Assembly: GCA_964440775.1 (NCBI GenBank)
Contig: CAYTXJ010000001.1
Span: 1 to 60,905 of the forward strand
Length of the DNA stretch: 60,905 nucleotides
DNA from: an uncultured Desulfobacteraceae bacterium
GTDB lineage: Bacteria > Desulfobacterota > DSM-4660 > Desulfatiglandales > JALVMZ01
Reading direction: 5' to 3'
The translations under genes were made by a program, and so were the position numbers. Position 1 is the first letter of the stretch, and each line of letters begins with the position of its first letter. The notes below the pieces were generated by a model. The model made no database searches and had not been told where the DNA came from. It saw only the letters and a program-made list of their open reading frames with translations. This document shows, in pieces, positions 31,138 to 42,167 of this stretch.

Positions 31138-32655
31138 ATGGAGATAAGAGCAGAAGAGATAAGTGAAATTATTAAGAGTCAGATCAAAGAGTATGAAAAG
31201 GAGATAGACCTTAAAGAGACAGGTGTGGTTATTTCTGTTGGAGATGGAATCGCAAGGATCTATGGTGTGGAAAATGCTATGGCTATGGAGATGCTTGAAT
31301 TTCCAGGTGGAATATATGGCCTATGTCTAAATCTTGAAGAAGATAATGTAGGTGTGGCCATAATGGGTGATGATACCAAGATCAGAGAAGGTGATATTGT
31401 AAAGCGGACAGGCAGGATTGCTGAGATTCCTGTAGGTGATGCGGTACTGGGAAGGGTAATTGATGCAGTGGGTAATCCCTTAGATGGAAAAGGGCCTATA
31501 AATGCATCTGAATTTAGAAGGATTGAGAGGGTGGCACCCGGTGTGGTGGTTCGTCAACCTGTCAATGAGCCTATGTATACAGGAATCAAGGCCATTGACG
31601 CCATGACTCCCATTGGAAGAGGGCAGAGGGAGCTTATCATCGGTGACAGACAGATAGGTAAGACCGCTATATGTATTGATGCTATTATAAATCAGAAAGA
31701 CTCAGACATATATTGCATATATGTGGCAATTGGACAGAAGAAGTCCACTGTGGCACAGGTGGTGGATACCCTGGAACGTTATGGAGCCATGGAATATACC
31801 ACAGTGGTAGCAGCATGTGCAAGTGACCCTGCAACTCAGCAGTTTTTAGCACCCTATTCCGGATGTGCCATAGGCGAATATTATAGGGATAATGGAAAAC
31901 ATGCACTGATCATATACGATGATCTATCCAAACAGGCTGCTGCATACAGACAGGTATCATTGCTTCTCAGAAGACCCCCTGGAAGAGAGGCATATCCTGG
32001 GGATATCTTCTATAATCATTCAAGGCTGCTTGAGAGGGCTGCAAAGCTCAATGATGAACATGGAGGAGGGTCTCTTACCGCACTTCCCATAATAGAGACC
32101 CAGGCAGGAGACGTATCTGCCTATATCCCTACCAATGTGATCTCTATTACAGACGGGCAGGTCTATCTGGAGCCAGGCCTGTTCTTCTCCGGTATCAGGC
32201 CTGCCATTAATGTGGGTCTATCTGTGAGTCGTGTGGGTGGTGCTGCACAGACAAAGGCGATGAAGAAAGTGGCAGGAAGTTTGAGGTTGGATATGGCCCA
32301 ATACAGGGAGCTTGAGGCATTTGCCCAGTTTGGAAGTGATCTGGACAAAGCCACCCAGAAGCAGCTTGAAAGGGGTAGAAGGCTGGTGGAGGTATTAAAG
32401 CAGCCCCAGTATCAGCCAATGGCCGAAGAGAAGCAGGTCATGATCCTCTATGCAGGCGTAAATGGCTATCTGGATGAATGGCCAGTGGAGGCAGTATCTG
32501 AATTTGAAAGACAGATGCTTGAGTTTATGGAAAATAGGCATCCTGAGATCTTAAAGGAGATAAAGGAGACAAAGGATATATCGGATGAAATGGATAAAAA
32601 GATTAGAGAGGCCTTAGAGGAATTTAGAGGGGTATTCCAGGTACCCTCAACATAG
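31138..32655 (+). CDS. atpA: F0F1 ATP synthase subunit alpha
   Basis: 505 aa with the P-loop GDRQIGKT. Confidence 0.97.
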   Translation: MEIRAEEISEIIKSQIKEYEKEIDLKETGVVISVGDGIARIYGVENAMAMEMLEFPGGIYGLCLNLEEDNVGVAIMGDDTKIREGDIVKRTGRIAEIPVGDAVLGRVIDAVGNPLDGKGPINASEFRRIERVAPGVVVRQPVNEPMYTGIKAIDAMTPIGRGQRELIIGDRQIGKTAICIDAIINQKDSDIYCIYVAIGQKKSTVAQVVDTLERYGAMEYTTVVAACASDPATQQFLAPYSGCAIGEYYRDNGKHALIIYDDLSKQAAAYRQVSLLLRRPPGREAYPGDIFYNHSRLLERAAKLNDEHGGGSLTALPIIETQAGDVSAYIPTNVISITDGQVYLEPGLFFSGIRPAINVGLSVSRVGGAAQTKAMKKVAGSLRLDMAQYRELEAFAQFGSDLDKATQKQLERGRRLVEVLKQPQYQPMAEEKQVMILYAGVNGYLDEWPVEAVSEFERQMLEFMENRHPEILKEIKETKDISDEMDKKIREALEEFRGVFQVPST

Positions 32656-32682
32656 AAAGATATACTCTGAAAGAGAAGGTAT

Positions 32683-33561
32683 ATGGCAACACTGAGGGAT
32701 ATACTCAGAAAGATAAATGCGGTAAAGAGGACAAGGCAGATCACAAGGGCAATGAATATGGTGGCTGCTGCAAAGCTAAGGAACACACAGGGCAAGATGG
32801 AGGGTTTTGAACCCTATGCCCGTAAGTTTTCTGATGTTCTGGCCCATCTTGCTAGTATCTTGGATCCAGAGATCCACCCTCTGCTTATCAGCAGGGAGGA
32901 GGTAAGGAGGGTGGAGCTACTGTTTTTTACCGCAGATAGAGGGCTCTGCGGTTCCTTTAATACCAATAGTATTAATAGGGCAGAGGGATGGATTAAGCAG
33001 CAAGAGCAGAATGGAAGAGAGATAACCCTTTTCTGTATTGGAAAAAAGGGAGTTGATTACTTTAAGAAGAAAAATATAGATATGACAGCCTCTTTCACCC
33101 AGCTCTATGGCAAGACAGATATGGCCTTTATAAACCGTATGACAGGGGAGTTCATAAACAGGTTCTTAAGAGAGGATATTGATGAACTCTATATGCTATA
33201 TACACGTTTTGTCAGTATGTTAAGATATGAACCCACTTTGTTGAAACTACTCCCTATATCTCCTCCCTCTGAACTAAAACAGGCCCAGATGAAAGGGACT
33301 GAATACATATATGAACCGGATTCTGCCAGTCTTATGATTGAGCTACTTCCTAAGTATATAAGTGTTCAGATATACAATGCCTTTTTACAGAATGAGGTAA
33401 GTGAACATGCAGCTCGTATGACCGCTATGGACAATGCTACCAAGAATTGTGACGATATGATAGAGAATCTTACCTTGCTTTATAACAAGGCAAGGCAGGC
33501 ATCCATTACCCTTGAGCTCTTGGATATTGTTGGAGGTGCAGAGGCTATAAAGAAGGCGTAA
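32683..33561 (+). CDS. atpG: F0F1 ATP synthase subunit gamma
   Basis: 292 aa with the N-terminus RKINAVKRTRQITRAMNMVAAAKL and the C-terminus ITLELLDIVGGAEA. Confidence 0.95.
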   Translation: MATLRDILRKINAVKRTRQITRAMNMVAAAKLRNTQGKMEGFEPYARKFSDVLAHLASILDPEIHPLLISREEVRRVELLFFTADRGLCGSFNTNSINRAEGWIKQQEQNGREITLFCIGKKGVDYFKKKNIDMTASFTQLYGKTDMAFINRMTGEFINRFLREDIDELYMLYTRFVSMLRYEPTLLKLLPISPPSELKQAQMKGTEYIYEPDSASLMIELLPKYISVQIYNAFLQNEVSEHAARMTAMDNATKNCDDMIENLTLLYNKARQASITLELLDIVGGAEAIKKA

Positions 33562-33567
33562 TAATAA

Positions 33568-35013
<1,446 letters not shown>

Positions 35014-35027
35014 TAGAGAGGTATCTC

Positions 35028-35444
35028 ATGGCAAGGCTTTATCTTGAACTGATCACTCCAGAGCGGATTATGGTAAGTCAAGAGGTAGATTCTGTCGTGG
35101 CTCCTGGATCCTTAGGGCAGTTTGGTATACTACCAGACCATGCCCCGTTTCTTACGGGGATTGTGCCTGGAGAGTTTAGATATGAATCTGGGGGAAAGAG
35201 TGTAAGGATGGCTGTTACCTACGGGTTTTTAGAGGTATCAAATAATAGGGTAACCATCTTGGTAGATGCGGCAGAGAGAGAGGGAGAGATCGATGTAGAA
35301 AGGGCAAGGAAGGCGCTTCAGAGGGCTAAAGATAGACTTTCAAGAGGAAGGGGGGCACCTGATATTGATTATGAAAGGGCAGAGGCGGCCTTGAGAAGGG
35401 CTATTGCCAGATTAAAGGTGGCAGGTAAAGATATTCAGGTATAG
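35028..35444 (+). CDS. atpC: F0F1 ATP synthase subunit epsilon
   Basis: 138 aa with an N-terminal beta-sandwich and a C-terminal helical hairpin, at the end of the atp operon. Confidence 0.9.
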   Translation: MARLYLELITPERIMVSQEVDSVVAPGSLGQFGILPDHAPFLTGIVPGEFRYESGGKSVRMAVTYGFLEVSNNRVTILVDAAEREGEIDVERARKALQRAKDRLSRGRGAPDIDYERAEAALRRAIARLKVAGKDIQV

Positions 35445-35478
35445 TTAATCACTAAAAGAAGCGGATAAGAGATTATAA

Positions 35479-35504
35479 AAGCAGGCAGCTTGCCTGCTTT
35501 TTTA
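35479..35504 (+). terminator. Rho-independent terminator after atpC
   Basis: AAGCAGGCA-GCT-TGCCTGCTT followed by TTTTTA. Confidence 0.7.
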
Positions 35505-35533
35505 TTGACCTGATTGGTATGAAAAAATAAAAT
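35505..35533 (+). promoter_or_regulatory. Candidate sigma70-type promoter for zapB-zapA
   Basis: TTGACC (35505-35510), a 17-nt spacer, then TAAAAT (35528-35533). This lies 29 nt upstream of the zapB ATG. Confidence 0.45.
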
Positions 35534-35562
35534 TATCTAAAATATATAGAGAGGAAGGTGAC

Positions 35563-35793
35563 ATGGAAAGGGAGATGGATCAATTTTTGGTATTGGAACA
35601 GAAGATAGATGCACTTATTGAATATATAAAGAGGCTAAAGGAAGAGAATGAATCGATGCGGGAGAAGATTCGGGTTCAGGAGGACAGGATCACTGATCTG
35701 AACTCTGAGATTGAAAAGCTGAGAACAGAGAGGAACCAGGTCGGTCAGCGGATAATGTCAATCCTTGAAAAGATGGAAAAGATTGAGTTATAA
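35563..35793 (+). CDS. zapB: Small coiled-coil cell-division protein, ZapB-like
   Basis: 76 aa, essentially all heptad coiled coil, immediately upstream of zapA. Confidence 0.6.
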   Translation: MEREMDQFLVLEQKIDALIEYIKRLKEENESMREKIRVQEDRITDLNSEIEKLRTERNQVGQRIMSILEKMEKIEL

Positions 35794-35815
35794 TTAATAT
35801 ATGTCATATGTAAAG

Positions 35816-35935
35816 GAGAGCTTTGAATTTTTTAAGGCTCTCAAGAAAAGGCTGTAATTATGGGTTATTTAAAGTTAATTTTTGGGGGTCTGGGGGTGTA
35901 ACCCCCAGTGTAAAAAGGGGTTATGCAAAGCTCTC
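35816..35935 (+). mobile_element. MITE-like intergenic element, copy E (120 bp, short type)
   Basis: Near-identical to copy C. ATGTAA occurs at 35808-35813 and 35936-35941, an imperfect junction duplication. The 3' end contains the zapA ATG. Confidence 0.85.
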
Positions 35936-36204
35936 ATGTAAGAGTAAAGATATTGGACAGTGAATATGTGCTTAAGAGTGAAGAAGAGTTTCAGGAGGTA
36001 TATCGTATTGCTGATTATGTAAACCAAAAGATGAAAGAGGTGAAGAATAATACTGAAGGACTATCAGAGAAGAAGATTGCTATACTGGCAGCACTAAACA
36101 TTGCAAGTGACTATTTTCGATTGCTTAAGGAAAAAGAGGAGCTTATAGACATGATCGGAAGAAAAGCAGAACAACTTATAAGATATATTGATAGATACAT
36201 ATAG
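35923..36204 (+). CDS. zapA: Cell-division protein ZapA
   Basis: 93 aa. VRVKILDSEYVLKS...LSEKKIAILAALNIASDYFRLLKE matches the ZapA pattern. The only start upstream of the conserved N-terminal strand is the ATG inside repeat copy E. Confidence 0.8.
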   Translation: MQSSHVRVKILDSEYVLKSEEEFQEVYRIADYVNQKMKEVKNNTEGLSEKKIAILAALNIASDYFRLLKEKEELIDMIGRKAEQLIRYIDRYI

Positions 36205-36323
36205 AGATAAAGGGGGAATGTCTTAGAATGCCGTTATTAATATTTTGAAAGTCTCTCCTTTGTTTTAATAATATCCTCTTTAGATCCTTCTCTATTATTC
36301 TTCTTAGCCTCTTTCATCTTTCT

Positions 36324-36350
36324 GAGAGCTTTGAATTATTCAAAGCTCTG
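36324..36350. repeat. Solo hairpin of the MITE-like family (copy F, degenerate)
   Basis: GAGAGCTTTGAATTATTCAAAGCTCTG. No flanking duplication was seen. Confidence 0.7.
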
Positions 36351-36399
36351 CTCTCGTTATATCTTATATCTCTGTTACATTCTGAGGGGGTGAAGTTAT

Positions 36400-37962
36400 A
36401 TGGATCTTTTGCACGCAATATTAGGTGGTTTAGCAGTTCTAGTATTGGGCTTTATAATAGGATTTTGGCTCAGAAGGAAGCTATCCGAAAAAGAGCTTCA
36501 ATCTATAAAGGAATATTCTAAAAAGCTCATAAATGATGCCCATAGAGAGGCCAAAAATATAAAGAAAGAGGCCATGATAAAGGCAAAAGATACTCTTTAT
36601 CAGATGAAACTTGAATTTGAAAGGGAAACCCGGGAGACCAGGGAGCAGCTTCAGGCACAAGAACGGAGACTGTTTCATAAACAGGAGGCACTGGATAGAA
36701 AGATTGAACTCTATGAGCAGAAGGGGAGGGGGTTAAAGGAAAAGGAAAAAAATCTTGAGCGGATAGAAAGTGAGCTTGTTCAAAAGCAGGATGAATATGA
36801 AAGACTTATTGAGGAGAGAAAGAAGGAGCTGGAACGGGTTGCTGGAATTTCTAGGGAGGAGGCAAAGCAGCTTCTGATTGAGAGTATGGAATCTGAAGCA
36901 AGGCATGAGGCAATAAAGCTGATTAAAAAGATTGAAACCGAGGCAAGGGAAAGTGCTAAACAGAAGGCAGAGGAGATAATAGCCCTTGCCATTCAGAGAT
37001 ATGCAGGGGAGTATGTGAGTGAAAAGACCGTAGCTGTAGTAAATTTACCTAATGAGGAGATGAAAGGCAGGATAATAGGAAGAGAAGGAAGAAATATCAG
37101 GGCAATTGAGGCAGCCACAGGTGTGGATCTCATCATAGATGATACTCCAGAGGCGGTGATAGTTTCTGCATTTAATCCTATAAGAAGAGAGGTTGCAAAG
37201 ATTGCCCTTCAGAGGCTGATTGATGATGGAAGAATCCATCCTGCCAGGATTGAGGAGATGGTAGAGAAGGTGAGAGAGGAGATTGAACAGAGCATAAAGG
37301 AGGCAGGGGAGCAGGCTGCTTTTGATGTGGGAGTTCATGGGATCCATCCTGAACTTATAAAGCTGCTTGGAAGATTAAAATACAGGTCCAGTTACGCACA
37401 GAATGTGCTTCAGCACTCCAAAGAGGTGAGCTTTCTCTGTGGTATCATGGCAGCAGAGCTGGGATTAAATGTTAAGAGGGCCAAGAGAGCAGGGCTGTTA
37501 CATGATATTGGAAAGGCCGTGGATCATGAAGTGGAAGGTCCCCATGCACTGATCGGGGCAGATCTTGCCAAAAAATTTGGGGAGTCTAATGAGGTGGTGC
37601 ATGCCATAGCTGCTCATCATGAAGAGGTTCAGCCAGAGACCGCCTTAGCGGTTATTGTTCAGGCTGCAGACAGCCTCTCTGGGGCAAGGCCCGGGGCAAG
37701 GCAGGAGATGCTTGCCTCATATGTAAAGAGGCTGGAAGAACTTGAAAATATAGCCAACTCCTTTAAGGGAGTGACCAAGTCCTTTGCCATACAGGCAGGT
37801 AGAGAGATCAGGGTTATGGTTGCAGAGGATCTTGTAGATGATGATAAGACCTATATGCTCTGCAAAGAGATTGCCAAAAGGATAGAAAAGGAATTAACAT
37901 ATCCAGGGCAGATTAAGGTCACGGTTATAAGAGAGACCAGAGCAGTGGACTATGCAAAATAG
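36400..37962 (+). CDS. rny: Ribonuclease Y
   Basis: 520 aa with an N-terminal TM, a coiled coil, a KH domain ([15 protein letters not shown]) and an HD domain (LLHDIGKA). Confidence 0.95.
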   Translation: MDLLHAILGGLAVLVLGFIIGFWLRRKLSEKELQSIKEYSKKLINDAHREAKNIKKEAMIKAKDTLYQMKLEFERETRETREQLQAQERRLFHKQEALDRKIELYEQKGRGLKEKEKNLERIESELVQKQDEYERLIEERKKELERVAGISREEAKQLLIESMESEARHEAIKLIKKIETEARESAKQKAEEIIALAIQRYAGEYVSEKTVAVVNLPNEEMKGRIIGREGRNIRAIEAATGVDLIIDDTPEAVIVSAFNPIRREVAKIALQRLIDDGRIHPARIEEMVEKVREEIEQSIKEAGEQAAFDVGVHGIHPELIKLLGRLKYRSSYAQNVLQHSKEVSFLCGIMAAELGLNVKRAKRAGLLHDIGKAVDHEVEGPHALIGADLAKKFGESNEVVHAIAAHHEEVQPETALAVIVQAADSLSGARPGARQEMLASYVKRLEELENIANSFKGVTKSFAIQAGREIRVMVAEDLVDDDKTYMLCKEIAKRIEKELTYPGQIKVTVIRETRAVDYAK

Positions 37963-38125
37963 AGAGCTTTGAATTTTTCAAAGCTCTCAGAAAAAAGCTG
38001 TAAATGGAATTTGTCATTGCGAGGGTCTTAAAAGACCCGAAGCAATCTATAAAAGGTATGAGATTGCTTCGCTTCGCTCGCAATGACAGGGGTCGCAGTG
38101 TAAAAAGGGGTTATGCAAAGCTCTC
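37962..38125 (+). mobile_element. MITE-like intergenic element, copy G (164 bp, long type)
   Basis: Its first G is the last base of the rny TAG. It is flanked by AAATA at 37957-37961 and 38126-38130. It contains the GTCATTGCGAG palindrome at 38013-38087. Confidence 0.85.
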
Positions 38126-38142
38126 AAATAGGAAGGTGAGAT

Positions 38143-38547
38143 ATGGATATCACTCTATATGATAGGGATGGAAACCCCATTGCCTATATCTCAGATGACT
38201 ATGAAAGCAATATATACTTCTTTGAAGGGGAGGCTGTGGCATATCTGTTTAATGAAAGTGAGGTATATGGCATAAATGGAAGAGCTCTTGGTTGGTTTAT
38301 AGATGAGGTCCTATATGATAGCAATGGATTGAGGATAGGGTTTACCTATAATACATGTCCTAAGAGTTGTGCAAAGGAGCCTATAAAGTCAAAGAGAAAG
38401 CCTATCTATGAGAAGAGACCAAGATCGAAGCCGCCACCAATGCCCAAGTTTAGTTATGCGATATCTTCTATCCCTTTAAAAGAGTTTCTTCTTCAAGGGA
38501 AGATAGAGAAGATAATGGTAAGGGAAGAGGAAAAGTCGGAATCATAG
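38143..38547 (+). CDS. Small conserved hypothetical with four tandem beta-hairpin-like repeats (possibly 4-fold beta-flower family) and a Lys/Pro-rich tail
   Basis: 134 aa with four repeats: LYDRDGNPIAYI, IYFFEGEAVAYL, VYGINGRALGWF and LYDSNGLRIGFT. A GGAAGGTGAG SD precedes it, and its stop abuts the polA ATG (TAGATG). The family name is from memory. Confidence 0.55.
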   Translation: MDITLYDRDGNPIAYISDDYESNIYFFEGEAVAYLFNESEVYGINGRALGWFIDEVLYDSNGLRIGFTYNTCPKSCAKEPIKSKRKPIYEKRPRSKPPPMPKFSYAISSIPLKEFLLQGKIEKIMVREEEKSES

Positions 38548-41220
38548 ATGAAAGAAGAGAGGGAGACAGTCTATTTAGTTGATGGAAGCTCATATATATA
38601 TAGGGCATACCATGCAATAAGGGAGCTATCCACCTCCAAGGGGCTTCCCACAAATGCAATCTTTGGCTTTACCAAGATGCTTTTGAGGCTCTATCAAGAT
38701 AAGACCCCGTCCTATCTTGCGATTGTATTTGATGCACCTGGCCCCACATTCAGACATAAGATATATGAAAGATATAAGGCAACGCGTCCTCCAACCCCTG
38801 AAGATCTTACCGAACAGATACCCTATATAAAAAAGATAATTGAGGGATTTAGAGCAAGGATGCTGGAAATTGAGGGCTATGAAGCAGATGATATTATAGG
38901 TACAGTCGCTAAGATTGCTACAGAAAGAGGATTTTATGTGGTGATAGTTTCAGGAGATAAGGACTTTCGCCAGCTTATAACAGATAGGATCTCCATGTGG
39001 GATCCTATGAAAGACAGGATAGTCGATTGTAAGAGTATTGAGGAAGAATATAGAATAAGGCCTCAGCAGTTTATAGATGTGATGGCACTATGTGGGGATC
39101 GCATTGACAACATTCCTGGTGTTCCCTCCATAGGTGAAAAGACGGCCTTAAAGCTAATAAGAGAATTTGAGACTCTGGAGAATATCTATGAGAATATCTC
39201 AGACCTTAAGAAAAAGAGTCTTAAGGAAAGATTAATAGAATTTAAAGAGAATGCATTTTTGAGCAGGGAGCTTGTAAAGATCAATACCCGTGTTCCTGTA
39301 GAGATAGATTGTGAAGAGCTAAAAGTTAAAGAGCCAGATAAAGATAGGCTATCTGAGATATTTAAGGAGCTTGAATTTATAAGTCTTTGGAATCAATTTG
39401 CAAAGAAAAAGGCAGAAACTGATAAGGACTATAGGATATGTAATGACAAGAGGTCCTTTAGAGAACTGATTTCAGAAATAAAGAAAAAGGGGATTGTTTC
39501 CATTGACACCGAAAGCACAAGTGAGGATCCCATGAGGGCTGAGCTTGTCGGGATCTCTCTATCTATGGAAAAGGACAAGGGTATCTATATCCCAGTTGCC
39601 CATAAGGTGAAAGATAGGCAGCTGGATAGAGACTATGTCATAGGTGGATTTAAGGAGGTGATAGAAGATCCTAATATAAAGAAGATAGGCCAGAACATAA
39701 AATATGATGCCTTGATCTTTAAAAGGCTCAATATGGATATAAAAGGCATCTATTTTGATACAATGGTGGCCTCCTATGTGATAAATCCGGGGCTGAGACA
39801 GCACAATCTAAATGTGCTTGCCCAGCAATACCTCAACTATAAGATGATCTCTTATAAGGAGATCGTAGGAGGGGGGAAAGAGACATTTGCTGATGTGGAT
39901 CTGAAAAGTGCAAAGGAGTATGCATGTGAAGATGCAGAGGTGGTATGGAGGCTTTGGCCCATATTGGATGAGAAACTCCATAAAGAGGGTAATGCTTCTC
40001 TGTTTTATGAACTGGAGATGCCGCTCATTGAGGTGCTTATGGATATGGAATATAGTGGGGTCAAGATAGATGAGGAATTTTTTAAAGATATGTCAATTAG
40101 GATATCCAAGGAACTATCAAAGTTGGAAGAGGAGATATTTGAAGAGGCAGGCATGGAATTTAATATCAATTCTCCTCAGCAGCTCGGTTTTGTGCTTTTT
40201 GAAAAGCTTAAACTCCCAGTTCAGAAAAAGACCACAAAGACCAAGAGCTATTCAACAGATGTTAGGGTATTAGAGACATTATCTTCACTAAACTATAAAC
40301 TCCCATCACTTATATTAAGATATAGGAGTCTATCAAAGTTAAAGTCCACCTACTTAGATTCCCTATTGCAGATGATAAATCCTGAAACCGGCAGGATTCA
40401 TACCTCATTTAATCAGACGGTGACAGCAACAGGAAGGCTCAGTAGCAGTAATCCCAATCTTCAGAATATCCCCATAAGGGGAGAGGAAGGAAGAGAGATA
40501 AGGAAGGGATTTATCGCGGATGAGGGCAATCTTCTGCTGTCTGCGGACTACAGCCAGATAGAGTTGAGGATATTTGCCCACTACTCTCAAGATCCAGGAT
40601 TTATAAATGCCTTTAGAGAAGGAATTGATATACACACTAAGACCGCCTCTGAAATACTGGGGGTGGATATGGACAAGATCACATATGATATGAGGAGGAT
40701 TGCCAAGGCAATTAATTTTGGGATAATCTATGGAATGGGGCCTCTAAAGCTAAGCCAAGAGTTACATATTGACAGAAGAGAGGCCCAGAGATATATAGAG
40801 AGCTATTATAAGAGATATAAAGGTGTATTAAGATACAGAGAGCAGATGATTGATATGGCACGAAAGAGAGGATATGTCACCACCCTCTTTAACCGAAAAC
40901 GCTATCTGCCAGGGATCAATCACAGCAAGGCCAGGATCAGGGCAGAGGCAGAGAGGATGGCAATAAATACACCCATTCAGGGAACAGCCGCAGACCTGAT
41001 AAAAAAGGCAATGATAGATATCCACAGAAGACTAAAGGAGAAGAGATTAAAGACAAAATTAATTCTACAAGTCCATGACGAACTCGTATTTGAAGTCCCT
41101 GAGTCCGAATTGGAGGAGGTAAAGGAGGTGGTCTTGAAGGAGATGGAAGGTGTGTATCCCTTAAGTGTTCCTTTGAGAGTGGATATAGGAGTTGGAAGGA
41201 ACTGGGGGGATACGCACTAA
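38548..41220 (+). CDS. polA: DNA polymerase I (5'-nuclease, 3'-5' exonuclease and polymerase domains)
   Basis: 890 aa with polymerase motifs DYSQIELRI and QVHDELVFE. Confidence 0.97.
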   Translation: MKEERETVYLVDGSSYIYRAYHAIRELSTSKGLPTNAIFGFTKMLLRLYQDKTPSYLAIVFDAPGPTFRHKIYERYKATRPPTPEDLTEQIPYIKKIIEGFRARMLEIEGYEADDIIGTVAKIATERGFYVVIVSGDKDFRQLITDRISMWDPMKDRIVDCKSIEEEYRIRPQQFIDVMALCGDRIDNIPGVPSIGEKTALKLIREFETLENIYENISDLKKKSLKERLIEFKENAFLSRELVKINTRVPVEIDCEELKVKEPDKDRLSEIFKELEFISLWNQFAKKKAETDKDYRICNDKRSFRELISEIKKKGIVSIDTESTSEDPMRAELVGISLSMEKDKGIYIPVAHKVKDRQLDRDYVIGGFKEVIEDPNIKKIGQNIKYDALIFKRLNMDIKGIYFDTMVASYVINPGLRQHNLNVLAQQYLNYKMISYKEIVGGGKETFADVDLKSAKEYACEDAEVVWRLWPILDEKLHKEGNASLFYELEMPLIEVLMDMEYSGVKIDEEFFKDMSIRISKELSKLEEEIFEEAGMEFNINSPQQLGFVLFEKLKLPVQKKTTKTKSYSTDVRVLETLSSLNYKLPSLILRYRSLSKLKSTYLDSLLQMINPETGRIHTSFNQTVTATGRLSSSNPNLQNIPIRGEEGREIRKGFIADEGNLLLSADYSQIELRIFAHYSQDPGFINAFREGIDIHTKTASEILGVDMDKITYDMRRIAKAINFGIIYGMGPLKLSQELHIDRREAQRYIESYYKRYKGVLRYREQMIDMARKRGYVTTLFNRKRYLPGINHSKARIRAEAERMAINTPIQGTAADLIKKAMIDIHRRLKEKRLKTKLILQVHDELVFEVPESELEEVKEVVLKEMEGVYPLSVPLRVDIGVGRNWGDTH

Positions 41221-41234
41221 GAGGGAGATGAATT

Positions 41235-42149
41235 ATGAAATATGTATTTGGGCCTGTCTTTTCAAGGCGATTGGGGCTCTCCTTAGGAATAGACATAATC
41301 CCATATAAGACCTGTTCTTATGACTGCATATATTGTGAGGTTGGAAGGACAACCTGTAAGAGTGTGGATACAGATTCATTTGTGGATCTAAATGAGCTGT
41401 TTTCAGAGATATCCATTGCATTAAGGGAGAGTAATCCTGAAGTTCTCACATTTTCAGGATCAGGTGAACCTACCTTAAATCAGGATCTGGGTGAGATGAT
41501 TAGAAGGTTAAAAAAAATGACAGAGAAGAAGATAGCCGTGCTTACCAATGGTTCCCTGCTCTATAAAGACGAGATAAGGGAAGCGGTAAAGGCAGCAGAT
41601 ATATTAATGCCTACCCTTAGCTCTGTATATGAAAAGACATTTGTTAAGATCCATAGACCTCATAAGTATCTTAAGATTAATAGGGTGATTGAGGGAATCA
41701 AGAGATGCAGAGATGAATTTAGGGGTGAGTTTCAGCTTGAGGTGATGATAGTAAAAGGTATCAATGACAATATGAAGGAGATAAGTGCTCTAAAGGAGGT
41801 AGTGGATGAGATAGAGCCTGATAGTATCCAGTTAAATACAGTGGTTAGGCCACCTCCTAAAGGTCTGGATCTCAGGGTAGAAGAGGAAAAGATGGGAGAT
41901 ATTGCCAGGGTATTTGGCAAAAAGGCAGAGGTTATATCCTATAGAGGGCAGAGAAAGGGGGAAGCTCATCTTTTAGACATAGAGCGTAAGATTGTGGAGA
42001 TGGCAAAGAGAAGACCCATCAGGGTAGAGGATATTGAATATCTATTCAAGGGTGAAAAAGAGATTAAGGGTGTGTTAGAAGGGCTTATAAGGCATAAGAG
42101 GATATGGAGATACAGATATGGAGATAACATATTTTTTAAGTCCATATAG
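41235..42149 (+). CDS. Radical SAM protein, function unknown
   Basis: 304 aa with C27-x3-C31-x2-C34 (CSYDCIYC) and the glycine-rich SAM motif FSGSGEPTL. Confidence 0.8.
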   Translation: MKYVFGPVFSRRLGLSLGIDIIPYKTCSYDCIYCEVGRTTCKSVDTDSFVDLNELFSEISIALRESNPEVLTFSGSGEPTLNQDLGEMIRRLKKMTEKKIAVLTNGSLLYKDEIREAVKAADILMPTLSSVYEKTFVKIHRPHKYLKINRVIEGIKRCRDEFRGEFQLEVMIVKGINDNMKEISALKEVVDEIEPDSIQLNTVVRPPPKGLDLRVEEEKMGDIARVFGKKAEVISYRGQRKGEAHLLDIERKIVEMAKRRPIRVEDIEYLFKGEKEIKGVLEGLIRHKRIWRYRYGDNIFFKSI

Positions 42150-42167
42150 AAAGAAGGAGTGGAAGAT

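Noticed and set aside
36205-36399. A possible 6S RNA (ssrS) in the 195-nt spacer after zapA. I also noticed a 26-aa minus-strand mini-ORF (MKEAKKNNREGSKEDIIKTKERLSKY).
   Set aside because: 6S RNA needs a long two-sided helix. This spacer is pyrimidine-rich on the sense strand along almost its whole length, with no purine-rich partner arm. I found only a 9-bp distal pairing (CTTAGAATG/CATTCTGAG). The mini-ORF has no convincing SD. A cmsearch with RF00013 would settle the question.
37951-37962. The octamer TATGCAAA is shared between the 3' end of rny (CTATGCAAAATAG) and the 3' terminus of the element (TTATGCAAAGCTC). I considered it a hint of a target-site preference.
   Set aside because: It is seen at one locus only, and the other insertion sites lack it. 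It is most simply a coincidence in AT-rich sequence.
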